A stretch of 64,000 nucleotides of DNA, taken from the NCBI RefSeq assembly GCF_964213995.1, contig NC_135822.1, positions 51,522,001-51,586,000 on the forward strand, in the 5' to 3' direction. Positions within the stretch are counted from its first letter, which is position 1; every line of letters starts with the position of its first letter. The position numbers and the translations under genes are program-made. The notes beneath the pieces were generated by a model, which was not told the DNA's origin, made no database searches, and saw nothing but the letters and a program-made list of their open reading frames with translations. Shown piece after piece: positions 12,016 to 23,859 of this stretch. The DNA comes from Mustelus asterias (taxonomy: Eukaryota).

Positions 12016-12160
12016 CTTTTGAGTCTGTACCACCGTTCGGCAAGTTTAACATCATACATCTACTGGCCTGAACAATTTGTGCCACGAGATTCGGTGTTCC
12101 TCCATGGATTGTCCAGCACCACATGATTCCCACAGGGGTCGGAGCGCGAGGAGAAGGCGA
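12016..12160 (-). pseudogene. D8C exon 1 (AFSSRSDPCGNHVVLDNPWRNTESRGTNCSGQ*MYDVKLAERWYRLK)
   Basis: gtgtttctcag acceptor; DPC..H.VLD.PWR.T and WYR motifs as in uromodulin DPCQAHRTLDEYWRST...GWYRF; TAG at 12060-12062; phase-2 donor reads ttaac. Confidence 0.9.
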
Positions 12161-12326
12161 CTGAGAAACACATACAGTGTAAGGTTCGTGTCAGTATGAT
12201 GAAAAAATATGCCTGCACATGTGGCCTGTACCTGGTCAAGAGGCAATAACTCAGACTCAATCTTCAGCCTGACATCCATTCCCCGACCGTCTTTCTTGGT
12301 TATGGTGGCAAAGGTAATAAGTAAGT

Positions 12327-12875
12327 ACAAAGAACAAAGAAAATTACATCCCAGGACCAGGCCCGTCGGCCCTCCAACCTGCACCGACCATGCTGCCCAA
12401 CTTAACTAAAACTCCCGACCCTTCCGGGGACCGTATCCCTCTATTCCCATCCTATTCATGTACTTATCAAGACGCCCGTTAAAAGTCACTACGTATCTGC
12501 TTCCACTACCTTCCCCGGCAACGAGTTCCAGGTACCCACTACTCTCTATGTAAAAAATGTGCCTCGTACGTCTCCTTTAAACCTTGCCCCTTGAACATTA
12601 AACCTATGCCTCCTCGTAATTGACTCTTCCACCCTGGGAAAAAGCTTCTGACTATCCACTCTGCCCATGCCTCTCATAATCTTGTAGACTTCTATCAGGT
12701 CTCCTCCCAACCTCCGTCGCTCCAGTGGGATCAAACCAAGTTTCTCCAGCCTCTCCTCATAGCTAGTTCCCTCCATACCAGGCAACATCCTGGTAAATCT
12801 TTGCTGTACCCTCTCCAAAGCCTCCACATTCTTGTGGTAGTGTGGCGACCAGAATTGAACACTATATTCCAAGTG
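12327..12875 (-). mobile_element. CR1 3' fragment
   Basis: HLEYSVQFWSPHYHKNVEALERVQQRFTRMLPG (ORF 12546..12923). Confidence 0.9.
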
Positions 12876-12940
12876 ATGACACTGAGGGCAACTTATCATG
12901 GCCAATCCACCTAACGTATACATATTTGGACATTAAATAC

Positions 12941-14685
12941 TTGAGATTCAGTGTCACAGGCCTGGCTGGGTTCACTCTGTCCATTGAGATTCAGTGTCAC
13001 TGTCCTGGCTGGGTTCACTGTCTCCTTTGAGATTCAGTGTCACAGGCCTGGCTGGGCTCAGTCTGCCCTCAGAGATTTAGTGTCAGAGGCCTGGCTGGGT
13101 TCACTGTGTCCTATGAGATTCAGTGTCACAGGCCTGGCTGGGTTCACTCTATTCTTTGAGATTCAGTATCACAGGACTAGCTGGGTTCACTTTGTCCTTT
13201 GAGATTCAGTTTCACAGGCCTGGCTTGGTTCACTGTGTCCTTTGAGATTCAGTGTCACAGGTCTGGCTGGATTCACTCTGCCCTTCGAGATTCAGTGTAA
13301 CAGGCCTGGCTGGTTTTACTGTGTCCTTTGAGATCAGTGTCACAGTCCTGATTGGGTTCACTGTTTCCTTTGAGATTCAATGTCAAAGGACTGGCTGTGT
13401 TCACTCTGTCCTTTGAAATTCAGTGTCACTGGCCTGGCTGGATTCACTGTGTCCTTTGAGATTCAGTGTCGCAGGCCTGGCTGGCTTCATTGCCTCCTTC
13501 GAGATTCAGTGTCACAGGCTTGGCTGGGTTTCAGTTGCCCTTTGGAATTCAGTCTCAGAGACCTGGCTGGGTTCACTTTGTCCTTTGAAACTGAGTGTCA
13601 CAGGCCTGGCTGTGTTCACTCTGTCCTTTGAGATTCAGTGTCACATGAGTGGCTGGGTTCACTGTGTTTTGTGATTCAGTGTCACAAGCCTGGCTGGATT
13701 CGCTCTGTCTTTTGAGACTTAGTGTCACAGGCCTGGCTGTGTTCACTGTTCCCTTTGAGATTCAGTGTCACAGGCCTGTCTAGGCTCAGTCTGCCCTTTC
13801 ACATTCAGTGTTGCCGGCCTGAGTAGGTTCACCCTGTCCTTTGAGATTCAGTGACACAGGCCTGTCTGGGTCACTGTGTACTTTGAGCTTCAGTGTCATA
13901 GCCTGGTTGGGTTCACTCTGTCCTTTGAGATTCAGTGTGACAGGCCTGGCTGGGTTCACTCTGCCCTCTGAGATTCAGTGTCACAGGCCTGGCTGGATTC
14001 ACTTTCTCCTTTGAGATTCAGTGTCACAGGCCTGGCGAGGTCCACTCTGTCCATTGAGATTCAGTGTCACAGGCCTGGCTGGATTCACTGTGTCCTTTGA
14101 GATTCAGTGTCACAGGCCTGGCTGTGATCACTCGCTCCTTTGAGATTCAGTGTCACAGGCCTGACTGGGTTCACTCTGTCCTTTGAACTTCAGTGTCACA
14201 GGCCTGGCTAGGTTCACTCTGCACGTGGAGATTCAGTGTCACAGGCCTGGCTGGGTTCACTCTGTCCTTTGAGATTCAGTGTCACAGGCCTGGCTGGATT
14301 CACTGTGTCCTTTGAGATTCCGTGTCACAGGCCTGGCTGTGATCGTTGTCTCCTTTGAGATTCAGTGTCACAGGCCTGGCTGGGTTCACTCTCTCCACTG
14401 AGCTTCAGTATGACAGGACTGACTGTGTTCACTCTGCCCTTTGAGCTTCAGTGTCACAGGCCTGGCTCGATTCACTTTCTCCTTTGAGATTCAGTGTCAC
14501 AGGCCTGGCTGGGTTCACTCTGTCCTTTGAACCTCAGTGTCACAGGCCTGGCGAGGTTCACTCTGCACTTGGAGATTCAATGTCACAGGCCTGGCTGGGT
14601 TCACTCTGTCCTTTGAGATTTAGTCTCACTGGCCTAACGGGGTTCACTGTGTCCTTTGAGATTCAGTGTCACAGGCCTGGCTTCA
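12941..14685. repeat. 43-bp tandem minisatellite, about 40 copies (gagattcagtgtcacaggcctggctgggttcactctgtccttt)
   Basis: Unit starts at 12943, 12986, 13029 and so on; head-to-tail with no spacers. Confidence 0.97.
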
Positions 14686-14944
14686 TTGTCCCGCCCGAAC
14701 CACCCCACCCCTCCCCCACCCACCCACCCCACCAGTCCACAAACATTGACTTGAGTCATCACTGGCGCTGTGTGCACATTCTACTAATGCGTTGCAGCAA
14801 CTCACCAGGGCTCTTTTGAGACCACCTTCAAAAACGCAATGTTTACCGCTAGAAGACCAAAATAGCAGCTGTAAGGGAACACCAGCATCAGTCACATGCC
14901 ATCTTCGCTATCCCCATTACTTCGCTGGATGTAAATCCTAATTC

Positions 14945-15700
14945 TCACGGGGTCCCGGGTGAGGTAGCCAATTAATTACGAAATTGTCTTGACGACAGAA
15001 GACAGCGGGTGGTTGTAGAGATTAGTTCTTCAAACTGGAGGCCTGTGACCAGTGGTGTGCCTCAGGGATTTGTGCTGGGTCCACTGTCACTTGTCACTTA
15101 TATTAATGATTTTGATGAGAATTTTGCAGGCATGGTTCGTAAGTTTGCATTTGACACCACGTTAGGTGGCATAGTGGACACTTAAGGATTTGATCTAGGA
15201 TTGCAATGGGATCTTGATCAATTGGACAAAGGGGAAGATGAATGGCAAAAGGAATTTAAGTTAGATGAATTCGAGGTGATGCACTTTGGTAGATCGAACC
15301 AGGCAGGACATACTCAGTTAATGGTAGGGCTTTGGGACGTGTTATGGAACAAAAAGATCTTACGGCACAGGTTCAATTCTCCTTGAAAATGGAGTCACAG
15401 GTGGACAGGGTGGTGAAGAAGGCATTCTGCATGCTTGGTTTATTTGGTCAGGGCATTGATTACAGAAAGTAGGACGTCTTGTACAAAACATTGGTAAGAC
15501 TACACATTTCATACTGTGTACAGTTCTAGTCAGCTATCATAGAAAGGATATTATTAAACTGGAGAGAGTGCAGAAAAGATTTACGAGGATACTACTAGGA
15601 ATTGATGGTTTCAGTCATATGAGTGGCTGGATAGACTGGAACTTCTTTCCCTGGAGTGTAGAAGTCTTAGGGGTTGTCTTATAAAGGTTTATAAAATAAT
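14945..15700 (+). mobile_element. degenerate CR1 RT fragment
   Basis: gtgaccagtggtgtgcctcagggatttgtgctgggtcca (SGVPQG..LGP) with many stops. Confidence 0.85.
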
Positions 15701-15849
15701 TATACCAAATATAGAACACTGCTCCCTAAGTAGATATCCTCTAATTTATCCACATTATACTGCATCGGCCATTCATATGCCCACACACTAAGCCTGTCCA
15801 AATCACACGGAAGCATCTCTGCACCCTGCTCTCAGTTCAACCTCCCGTC

Positions 15850-16555
15850 CAAGTTTTTAATATCTTCAAATTTGGAGATAACACATTTAGTTCACTCTTA
15901 TAAATAATATGAACAATTGCGGTCCTGGCTCAGATCACTTTGGAACCCCACTAGTCACTGACTGCCAATCAGATAAAGACCAATTTTTGTGAACGCTTTG
16001 CTTTCTATCGACTGATTAGCTTTCTCTATATATCGAGACACTACCTTGTGCTTTAACGTTACACCGTTTTGTTTTACATGAGTATTCCGAAATTCCAAAT
16101 TAACCATATCCACTGGCTCTTCTCTGTCAACTCAGCCAGTTACATCCTCAATGAATTCCAACAGATTCGTCAAGCATGATTTCCCTTTTGTATATCCATG
16201 CTGCCTTTGTCTGATTATTCCAGTGCCTTCCCAAAGCTGAGTTATGTAATCCTTGGTAATGGATACCAGCAACTTCCCCAGCACCGACGTCAGGCTTACT
16301 GGTCTAGCGTTCCTTTATTTCTCTGCATCTCCCTTTTTTAATAGCTGGCTTATATTAGCTATCCTCCAATCTGTAGGAACCAGTTCAGAGTTCAAAGAAT
16401 TTTCGAAAATGACGACCAGTGTATCTATTATTTCCCGTGCCACTTCCTTAAATACACTGGAATGAATATTATCAGGACCTGAAGATTTATCCACCTTCAA
16501 TCCCATCAATTTTCCCAAAACAATTTTTCTGCCGGTGCTGATTTCCTTCACAACC
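15850..16555 (-). mobile_element. degenerate CR1 RT fragment
   Basis: LKVDKSSGPDNIH...LVVIFENSL..VPTDWRIANI..LLKKG (ORF 16315..16551). Confidence 0.85.
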
Positions 16556-16632
16556 TCACTAGGTTTGACAGGATTTTAAGACCATTGTTGCCTTTTGGTG
16601 TAATTACGTTGTTCAACCCTCTGGCAGTGTAC

Positions 16633-16758
16633 CAGACTTTAGTCAGCAGACAACTCCATAAAAGCCTGGGAGTACAGAACTAGTGTGAAAACCGCGGTGA
16701 CCCATAGATGGAGATGTAAGTCCGTGATTTTACTCGGCATCATATCAGGGAGCTTCAT
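16633..16758 (-). pseudogene. candidate signal-peptide exon of the D8C pseudogene (MKLPDMMPSKITDLHLHLWVTAVFTLVLYSQAFMELSAD*SL)
   Basis: Hydrophobic stretch followed by CTG|gtacac, upstream of D8C exon 1; but it has a stop and ends in phase 0 where phase 1 is needed. Confidence 0.35.
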
Positions 16759-18339
16759 TCTGCTTTGTTTACTATCGGTTATAGGGTTCTTATATTCTAA
16801 TTTTACAGGAAATATATTGGAAATTTTAAAGATTCCTAGTATATCTTTCAAAAGATCGCGTTTGTTTTGATCAATTTACTTTGCTGCACAAACACCATTA
16901 TTTCTGGCGTGACTCATTCCAAGTTCAGACAGCTGTTTAAGGATGCCGTGACGTATCCGTTTCTGGTCATGAAACAACTAATTAATAAAGCAGCAGGAAA
17001 ATTACAAGCATGTAAAACCTGGTCCCATCTTTCCGCGTCTGAAACTATAATTTTATTTCTGCCGTGATATCCATCATTTCAGTTGGACCACGAATATATT
17101 GGAGCTGAGGACATCTTCTGGAAAAATGTTTACTGTTGTGCACAAATACAGTTACATGGAGTCCGCCCGTTGGGTCGGGCGGAAAATATCCCATCAACCC
17201 CCAGTTTCTCGATTCACAGCTCCTCACATGGCCTCTGAAGTCAACAACTCTTCTTCCAAAATCCTGAATGCTGCAGATTCTATGAATATTCCTCGGAAGT
17301 TCGAATCGAATTTGATTAAATGCCGCTGAATCTTTTTTAATAGACTGTTCCAGTACCTTTCCACTTTCTAGTGCTATCTAGCATATTGAGAGGCTATTTC
17401 TCCCCAAATCTGTTGATTTCATTTCAGTTGCAATTAGCACCACAGTAAAAAAAAGACAACACTTACACCTATGTTCTTTCAAACTGCTGCCACATTTCCA
17501 AACTCCCTTAAGACTGCCACAAGTCGAATGCGTTGCTGTCTGAAAAGTTATGCATTGTGTCGCAGGGATAGCTATTCTCTGTCTAACAGTCGTTTACCCA
17601 ACCTGGGAGGGTTCAAAGGTAAAATAAAGTAGATCTACTCTTATATACTTTGTAATCTGCTGTTTTTCTGGCCCTGTCTTTTTTCGATGCAACTATACTG
17701 AGTGTTTTTACTCCCTATCTAATGTCTGATGCAAGAGTAAATGTACACTTTATCTAACACCGCTCTCAACTGGACCTGAGAATGATCAGTCGAACAGTGC
17801 AATATAGAATACTTTATACCAACTCTGCATCGCAAACACCAGCACACAGACACTTAGGCACAGATAGATATGACACCCCTCACTGCAATTCAACTGGCAA
17901 CCCAGTTTCACATCCGTGAAACAGAGCATGTCTCTGGGAGCAGTCAACATCAGCTACAATTGCCAAGAACCTGCATGACATCAACTCAAAGATGTGGAGG
18001 AATTATTCCCTGACAGACATTGGATTCACAAACCAAATCACCCAAGATGCTTCAATAGAACGTTGTAAAGCCATGATTTCAATTTCCTAGATAGACAAGG
18101 AAAGCAGAAACAGAAGACAGCCATAACAAGTCGCCCTCCAACTAACATCCTCATTGCAATTGTAACACAATTAATTCAAAGTTGTCCAGTCAGGATTCTG
18201 AAACTGCCTCTCTAACAGCAGTGATTACAAAACATCAGCTGCAGGACATGAATAAGTAGTTTATCACCGAAGTCTCTAGAGCAGAACATTATGGGCACCC
18301 AATGCTGATCTTGCTGATTTCACGTTAAAAACGTGAGAA

Positions 18340-18727
18340 CGGATCTCATAGAAACTTATAAAATTCCAACAGGGTTAAACACGTAGATTCAGAAAGAAGG
18401 TTCACGATGGTGGATGTGTGCAGAACTGGTGCTAATAGATTGAGGATAAGGGGTGAAACCTTTTCGAATTGAGGTGAGGAGAAATACTTCACCCAGAGAG
18501 TGGTGAATGTGTGGAATTTATTACGCCAGAAAGTCGTTGAGGCCAATAAGTTTTCTGATTTCAAGAAGAAATTAGATATAGCTCTTGGGACTCAAGGGAC
18601 CACGGGGTATGTGAGGGGCAAAGAAGATGAGGATATTGAATTCGATCGTCTGCCATGATAAAAATGAATGTCGAAGCAGTCTGGATCTCTGAATGGTCTA
18701 CTCCTTCTTCAAGCTTCCATGCTTCTA
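18340..18727 (+). mobile_element. old CR1 3' end
   Basis: ggatctcatagaaacttataaaatt...ttcacccagagagtggtgaat...gaatggtctactcc plus a decayed tail. Confidence 0.8.
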
Positions 18728-20558
18728 GGGTTAAAGAGAATCCTAAGGCGTTCTATAGGTATGTCAAGAACAGAAGGTTGGTTAGGGCAAGTTTAGGGCC
18801 AGTTATAGATGGCAGAGGGAAGTTATGTGTGGAACCGGAGGAGATTGGTGAAGCATTGAACCAATATTTCTCTTCGGTGTTCACGCAAGGGGACATGAAT
18901 ATAGCTGAGGAGGACACTGGGTTGCAAGGGAGTAGAATAGACAGTATTACAGTTGATAAGGAGGATGTGCAGGATATTCTGGAGGGTCTGAAAATAGATA
19001 AATCCCCTGGTCCGGATGGGATTTATCCAAGGATTCTCTGGGAGGCAAGAGAAGTGATTGCAGAGCCTCTGGCTCTGATCTTCAGGTCGTCGTTGGCCTC
19101 TGGTATAGTACCAGAAGATTGGAGGTTAGCGAATGTTGTCCCATTGTTTAAGAAGGGGAACAGAGACTTCCCCGGGAATTATAGACCGGTGAGTCTCACT
19201 TCTGTTGTCGGCAAGATGTTGGAAAAAATTATAAGGGATAGGATTTATAGTTATTTGGAGAGTAATGAATTGATAGGTGATAGTCAGCATGGTTTTGTGG
19301 CAGGTAGGTCGTGCCTTACTAACCTTATTGAGTTTTTTGAGAAAGTGACCAAGGAGGTGGATGGGGGCAAGGCAGTGGACGTGGTATATATGGATTTTAG
19401 TAAGGCGTTTGATAAGGTTCACCATGGTAGGCTTCTGCAGAAAATGCAGATGTATGGGATTGGGGGTGATCTAGGAAATTGGATCAGGAATTGGCTAGCG
19501 GATAGGAAACAGAGGGTGGTGGTTGATAGTAAATATTCATCATGGAGTGCGGTTACAAGTGGTGTACCTCAGGGATCTGTTTTGGGGCCACTGCTGTTTG
19601 TAATATTTATTAATGATCTGGATGAGGGTATAGTTGGGTGGATTAGCAAATTTGCTGATGACACCAAAGTCGGTGGTGTGGTAGACAGTGAGGAAGGGTG
19701 TCGTAGTTTGCAGGAAGACTTAGACAGGTTGCAAAGTTGGGCCGAGAGGTGGCGGATGGAGTTTAATGCGGAGAAGTGTGAGGTAATTCACTTTGGTAGG
19801 AATAACAGATGTGTTGAGTATAGGGCTAACGGGAGGACTTTGAATAGTGTGGAGGAGCAGAGGGATCTAGGTGTATGTGTGCATAGATCCCTGAAAGTTG
19901 GGAATCAAGTAGATAAGGTTGTTAAGAAGGCATATGGTGTCTTGGCGTTTATTGGTAGGGGGATTGAATTTAGGAGTCGTAGCGTTATGTTGCAACTGTA
20001 CACAACTCTGGTGCGGCCGCACTTGGAGTACTGTGTGCAGTTCTGGTCCCCACATTACAGGAAGGATGTGGAGGCTTTGGAGAGGGTGCAGAGGAGGTTT
20101 ACCAGGATGTTGCCTGGTATGGAGGGGAGATCCTATGAGGAGAGGCTGAGGGATTTGGGATTGTTTTCGCTGGAAAGGCGGCGGCTAAGAGGGGATCTTA
20201 TTGAAACATATAAGATGATTAGAGGTTTAGATAGGGTGGATAGTGATAGCCTTTTTCCTCTGATGGAGAAATCCAGCACGAGGGGGCATGGCTTTAAATT
20301 GAGGGGGGGTAGTTATAGAACCGATGTCAGGGGTAGGTTCTTTACCCAGAGGGTGGTGAGGGATTGGAATGCCCTGCCAGCATCAGTAGTAAATGCGCCT
20401 AGTTTGGGGGCGTTTAAGAGATCCGTAGATAGGTTCATGGACGAAAAGAAATTGGTTTAGGTTGGAGGGTCACAGTTTTTTTTTTTAACTGGTCGGTGCA
20501 ACATCGTGGGCCGAAGGGCCTGTTCTGCGCTGTAATGTTCTATGTTCTATGTTCTATG
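18728..20558 (+). mobile_element. young 5'-truncated CR1 LINE with uninterrupted ORF2 reverse transcriptase frame
   Basis: About 577 stop-free codons to 20460 with KSPGPDGI, NYRPVSLTS, DFSKAFDKV, SGVPQGSVLGPLLF, KFADDTK and RPHLEYCVQFWSP; (tgttcta)n tail; no endonuclease domain. Confidence 0.97.
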
Positions 20559-20714
20559 GAGCGGGAGGAAAAAGAGAGATTATGATTGGAAAGATGGAAG
20601 TGCAAGATCGAGTGAGAGAATATACATGAGGAATGGATGGGGATAGAGGAGGAGAGGAAGGAGCAGGTGGTACAGGCAAATACAGGGAAAGAGGCAGTCA
20701 TTAGAATACAACCA

Positions 20715-20852
20715 NNNNNNNNNNNNNNNNNNNNNNNNNNNNNNNNNNNNNNNNNNNNNNNNNNNNNNNNNNNNNNNNNNNNNNNNNNNNNNNNNNNNNN
20801 NNNNNNNNNNNNNNNNNNNNNNNNNNNNNNNNNNNNNNNNNNNNNNNNNNNN
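20715..20852. other. assembly gap (N run)
   Basis: Continuous n characters. Confidence 1.
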
Positions 20853-21659
20853 AGATAGATAGAGACAGACAGAAATGGATGGATGGATGGATGGATGTTG
20901 TCTGTCCTGTTAACAGCATCCCGTTCGATGCTACCCTTCCAGAAACAATCAGTCCCGCCACCACCGATGAATAGTGGGAGCCGGATGACCATCTATAAAA
21001 TGCACTTTCGGGGTTCACCTTCCAATCCCACGAATAGTACCGCCCTGAACGAAAATGGCATCAAGTATCTGGGAACGTCATGACCTGGAGTTCCCATACA
21101 ATCCTCCCACCAGTCAAAACGTTTTGCCATTCCTGCAGTGCCACTGGGCCAACGTATTGGAATTCCCTCCATAAGAGCACTGCTGCTGTTCCTACACCTC
21201 AGGGACTGAAGTAGATCAACCTCATTACTATATTCACAATGGTATGAAGGGAAGGGAAGGCCAATACATTCTAGTCAACCAGGAAAGTCCACGTCCCACA
21301 AAGTGTGTAACATAATGAAAACATTGACCGCCTCCTTCACGATTTGTATCCATTGCCTCTATGGAAAAGATTGATGCAAAACCAATTTCATTCACAATGA
21401 ATGCTCACACACTCTGAGCTTTCCTGAGTAATTCGTTCCCGTTTACAATTTCATGAACAAATTAGATGTAGCTCTTGGGGCTCAAGGGATCAAGGGGTAT
21501 GTGAGGCGGAAAGAAGGTGAGGATATTGAATTAGATTATCCGCCATGATAAAAATGAATGGCGAAGCCGTCTGGATCTCTGAATCGTCGAGGCGATAAAG
21601 AAACCCAGATGACTTTGTATTTCAAACCACTCTCAATATACTCTCATTTGGATGAAATG

Positions 21660-21785
21660 GCCAATCTAATAGACGTGCAGCTTCTCCCTCAGTGCACCCG
21701 AACAGGTGCCAGAATGTGGCAAATAGAGGATTTTCAAAGTAACGTCATTGCAGTATTAACTTATGTGACACTAATAAATAAAATT
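21660..21785 (+). mobile_element. SINE 3' half with ...gtgacactaataaa tail
   Basis: ctccctcagtgcacccgaacaggtgccagaatgtggc...ggattttc..agtaac.tcattgcag; same family as 41925-42265 and 49900-50045. Confidence 0.65.
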
Positions 21786-21819
21786 TAAACATTAACCTTT
21801 TCATTTTGGCGGAAAATGT

Positions 21820-22770
21820 CTAAATGGGAGAGGAAGTGGAGAGGATCCAAAGTGCACACGGGTACATCGAAGAGCCAAATGGGCGAAGGTAAGTAGGAAT
21901 CCAATAGGGTGAAAGGACAGAGAGGAGTCCTTATGGCTCAAAACACCAGAGAGCATAGAGCGAGAAGGGATAGAAAAGTACGAACAGTGATCGAGGACAG
22001 TGAACAGCGCCAAATGGTGATGGGGCAGAGGTCAGTATAGTGAGTGAAACATCGACAGGTTTCAAAGGGAAAGTGGCCAATGATAAGCTACTTGGAAATG
22101 TCCTGAATGGAAATGGGACCAGCAGCTGTTTATAGTGGAGAATCAAGCGGAACATGAGGAGATGCTATGGTGGCAAGTACTGAATGTGAAGTAAAATTTC
22201 AAGGTCTAATAGGGACTGAGGGAGGTCCCACCTTGAACGTGGATGGCTGTTCTCTCAAATCAAGAGGTTACATTGGAGCGACCCACGACCGAAAGGCTAT
22301 AGGATGAGGTTCACAAGGGAAAGGGGACACATCGAGGCCATAAAGAACATATTGGAGACATGTGGAGCGAGAGTGATATGGCATTGATTCCAAAGGCATA
22401 ACGGCTGTGGGAGGTCTGAAAAAGGGCGGTCCCAGGTGTGAAATGCCCTTGTTGTCCAAAAAGAGAATAAGTTCCGAGTGGGAAGGCTGATGGCGAAGAT
22501 GGGTCGGCAGATATTTGAGTAAGTGAGGGAGAATTAACATAGTGGCCAAAGGAAACGGGGCAAGGAAAATGATCAAAGCAGATTCAGGTGTAAGAGGATA
22601 TCTGGCGAATTGGAAGAGAACATGAAGGTGTGGTCAGGTATTATTCAAAATCTAGAGGAGAAAATGAATGATCACATCGCGGGTGAAGGGGTGGGGGAGC
22701 GTGTTTGATCAGCGAATGAGAGAGGTGGCAGTGAGATGTGAAAAGGCGAGGGAACAAACAAAGATCTAAT
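21820..22770 (-). mobile_element. possible ancient L2-type LINE remnant
   Basis: Purine-rich degenerate tract whose reverse strand is S/P/L/F-rich; no diagnostic motif could be confirmed. Confidence 0.3.
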
Positions 22771-23299
22771 AATAAAGTAATTGCAATATGCGTTCAGCTG
22801 CAAATGCTGCAATAGAACATTATTTATCTTCACTCAGTTACTTTGAGAGTAACTTTATATTTCAATGCAATGTTCCAAATGGTGTCACCAAAGAAAATTC
22901 CAGCAGTTGTCTCCAAAGCACGATTTGGATTTCGAACACACAAAACCTATTGCTATCTTCCACTAACTCTCTGTTGGCCTCCTGGTTTAATTAAATTATC
23001 TAGGCTATCCGCTTAACGTTACCTTTTATATCTGTTCCAACCGTATTCGAGATTCCAATTATATTTGATCTGGCCAGTACTCAGTATCAGTAAAATCGAT
23101 GCACCTTCAGGCCTGGACCAAGGCTGTGTGATCAGCACACGGTCAATGAGAGGTGAGTCGGGTCCGACGTAACAGAATAATGTTTAATGGAGTACAGTTA
23201 ATATTGTGCAGTGATTTCTACATCCAGCAGTAACAATAAACTCAGGATAATTATTCATGAACTGATGAATTTGATTAAATCATCAGTTCGAGAACGGGG

Positions 23300-23740
23300 A
23301 CCCTCTCGCCTCAGTCACTTCAACACATTTTTTTTGGCTAATGTATCTCAAGCCCATCAGGCACTACATGCCACTCCTCACATTCGAATACCATTATTCT
23401 GAGCCACTAGATCTTGTCCCTTCATTCACTGCATCCCACGTCCCTCGTTCACACTTCCCTCAGTCGCCGCGTCCTACTCCACTCAGTCACTGCAGCTCAT
23501 TCGCCACATTTACACTCATATGGTGGACGTGGTAGATAGGATGGTGGGTGCCTGGAACTCGCTACCGGGTGAGGTAGTGCAAGCAGGTACGATAGTGACT
23601 TTTAAGCGACATCTTGAAAATACATGAAGATGATGGGAATAGAAGGATATGGTCCTCCGAAGTGGAGGGGGTTTAGTTCATCCACTCATTTCAATATCTA
23701 CTTCCAACTCCCCTGAGTACACTCAGATCAGTCACTAAGA
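23300..23740. repeat. degenerate 23-bp satellite patch containing a CR1 piece
   Basis: ctcagtcact units as at 6580-8542. Confidence 0.6.
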
Positions 23741-23859
23741 ACATAGCAACTTGGAGTGGTCAATTCAGAACCTCGAGCTTGCTCAACCATACATACACAC
23801 ATGTCAGCCGTTCCATTCGACTCTATTCTGTCACCATATTGCTCTCCCATAAATCATTA

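Larger units (their letters stand above)
4994..16758 (-). pseudogene. uromodulin/GP2/OIT3-like D8C(D10C)-domain gene with mucin-like S/T/P exons, pseudogenised
   Basis: Phase-consistent exons 12016-12160, 9644-9720, 9384-9548, 7463-7558, 6409-6504, 5845-5930 and 4994-5044 give DPC..VLDNPWRNT...WYRLKSSAGWKIPE..C..PIWLNGFHPTEGQGEVTRVVCF...C..IKIKNCSDYFVYEL..PPHCFTAYCT, the uromodulin D8C pattern. Three in-frame stops and two damaged donors. The 5' limit rests on a weak signal-exon candidate. Confidence 0.85.

Noticed and set aside
12941-14685. 43-bp array as a CRISPR array or a recombination-signal (RSS) cluster
   Set aside because: Units are contiguous with no unique spacers, there are no cas genes and the context is eukaryotic. 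CACTGTG occurs in some units but without a properly spaced nonamer or any V/J segments.
18655-20460. 601-aa ORF as a novel or domesticated RT gene
   Set aside because: The first ~24 codons come from the 3' UTR of an older CR1 that happens to be in frame; the rest is an ordinary truncated CR1 ORF2 with its tail.
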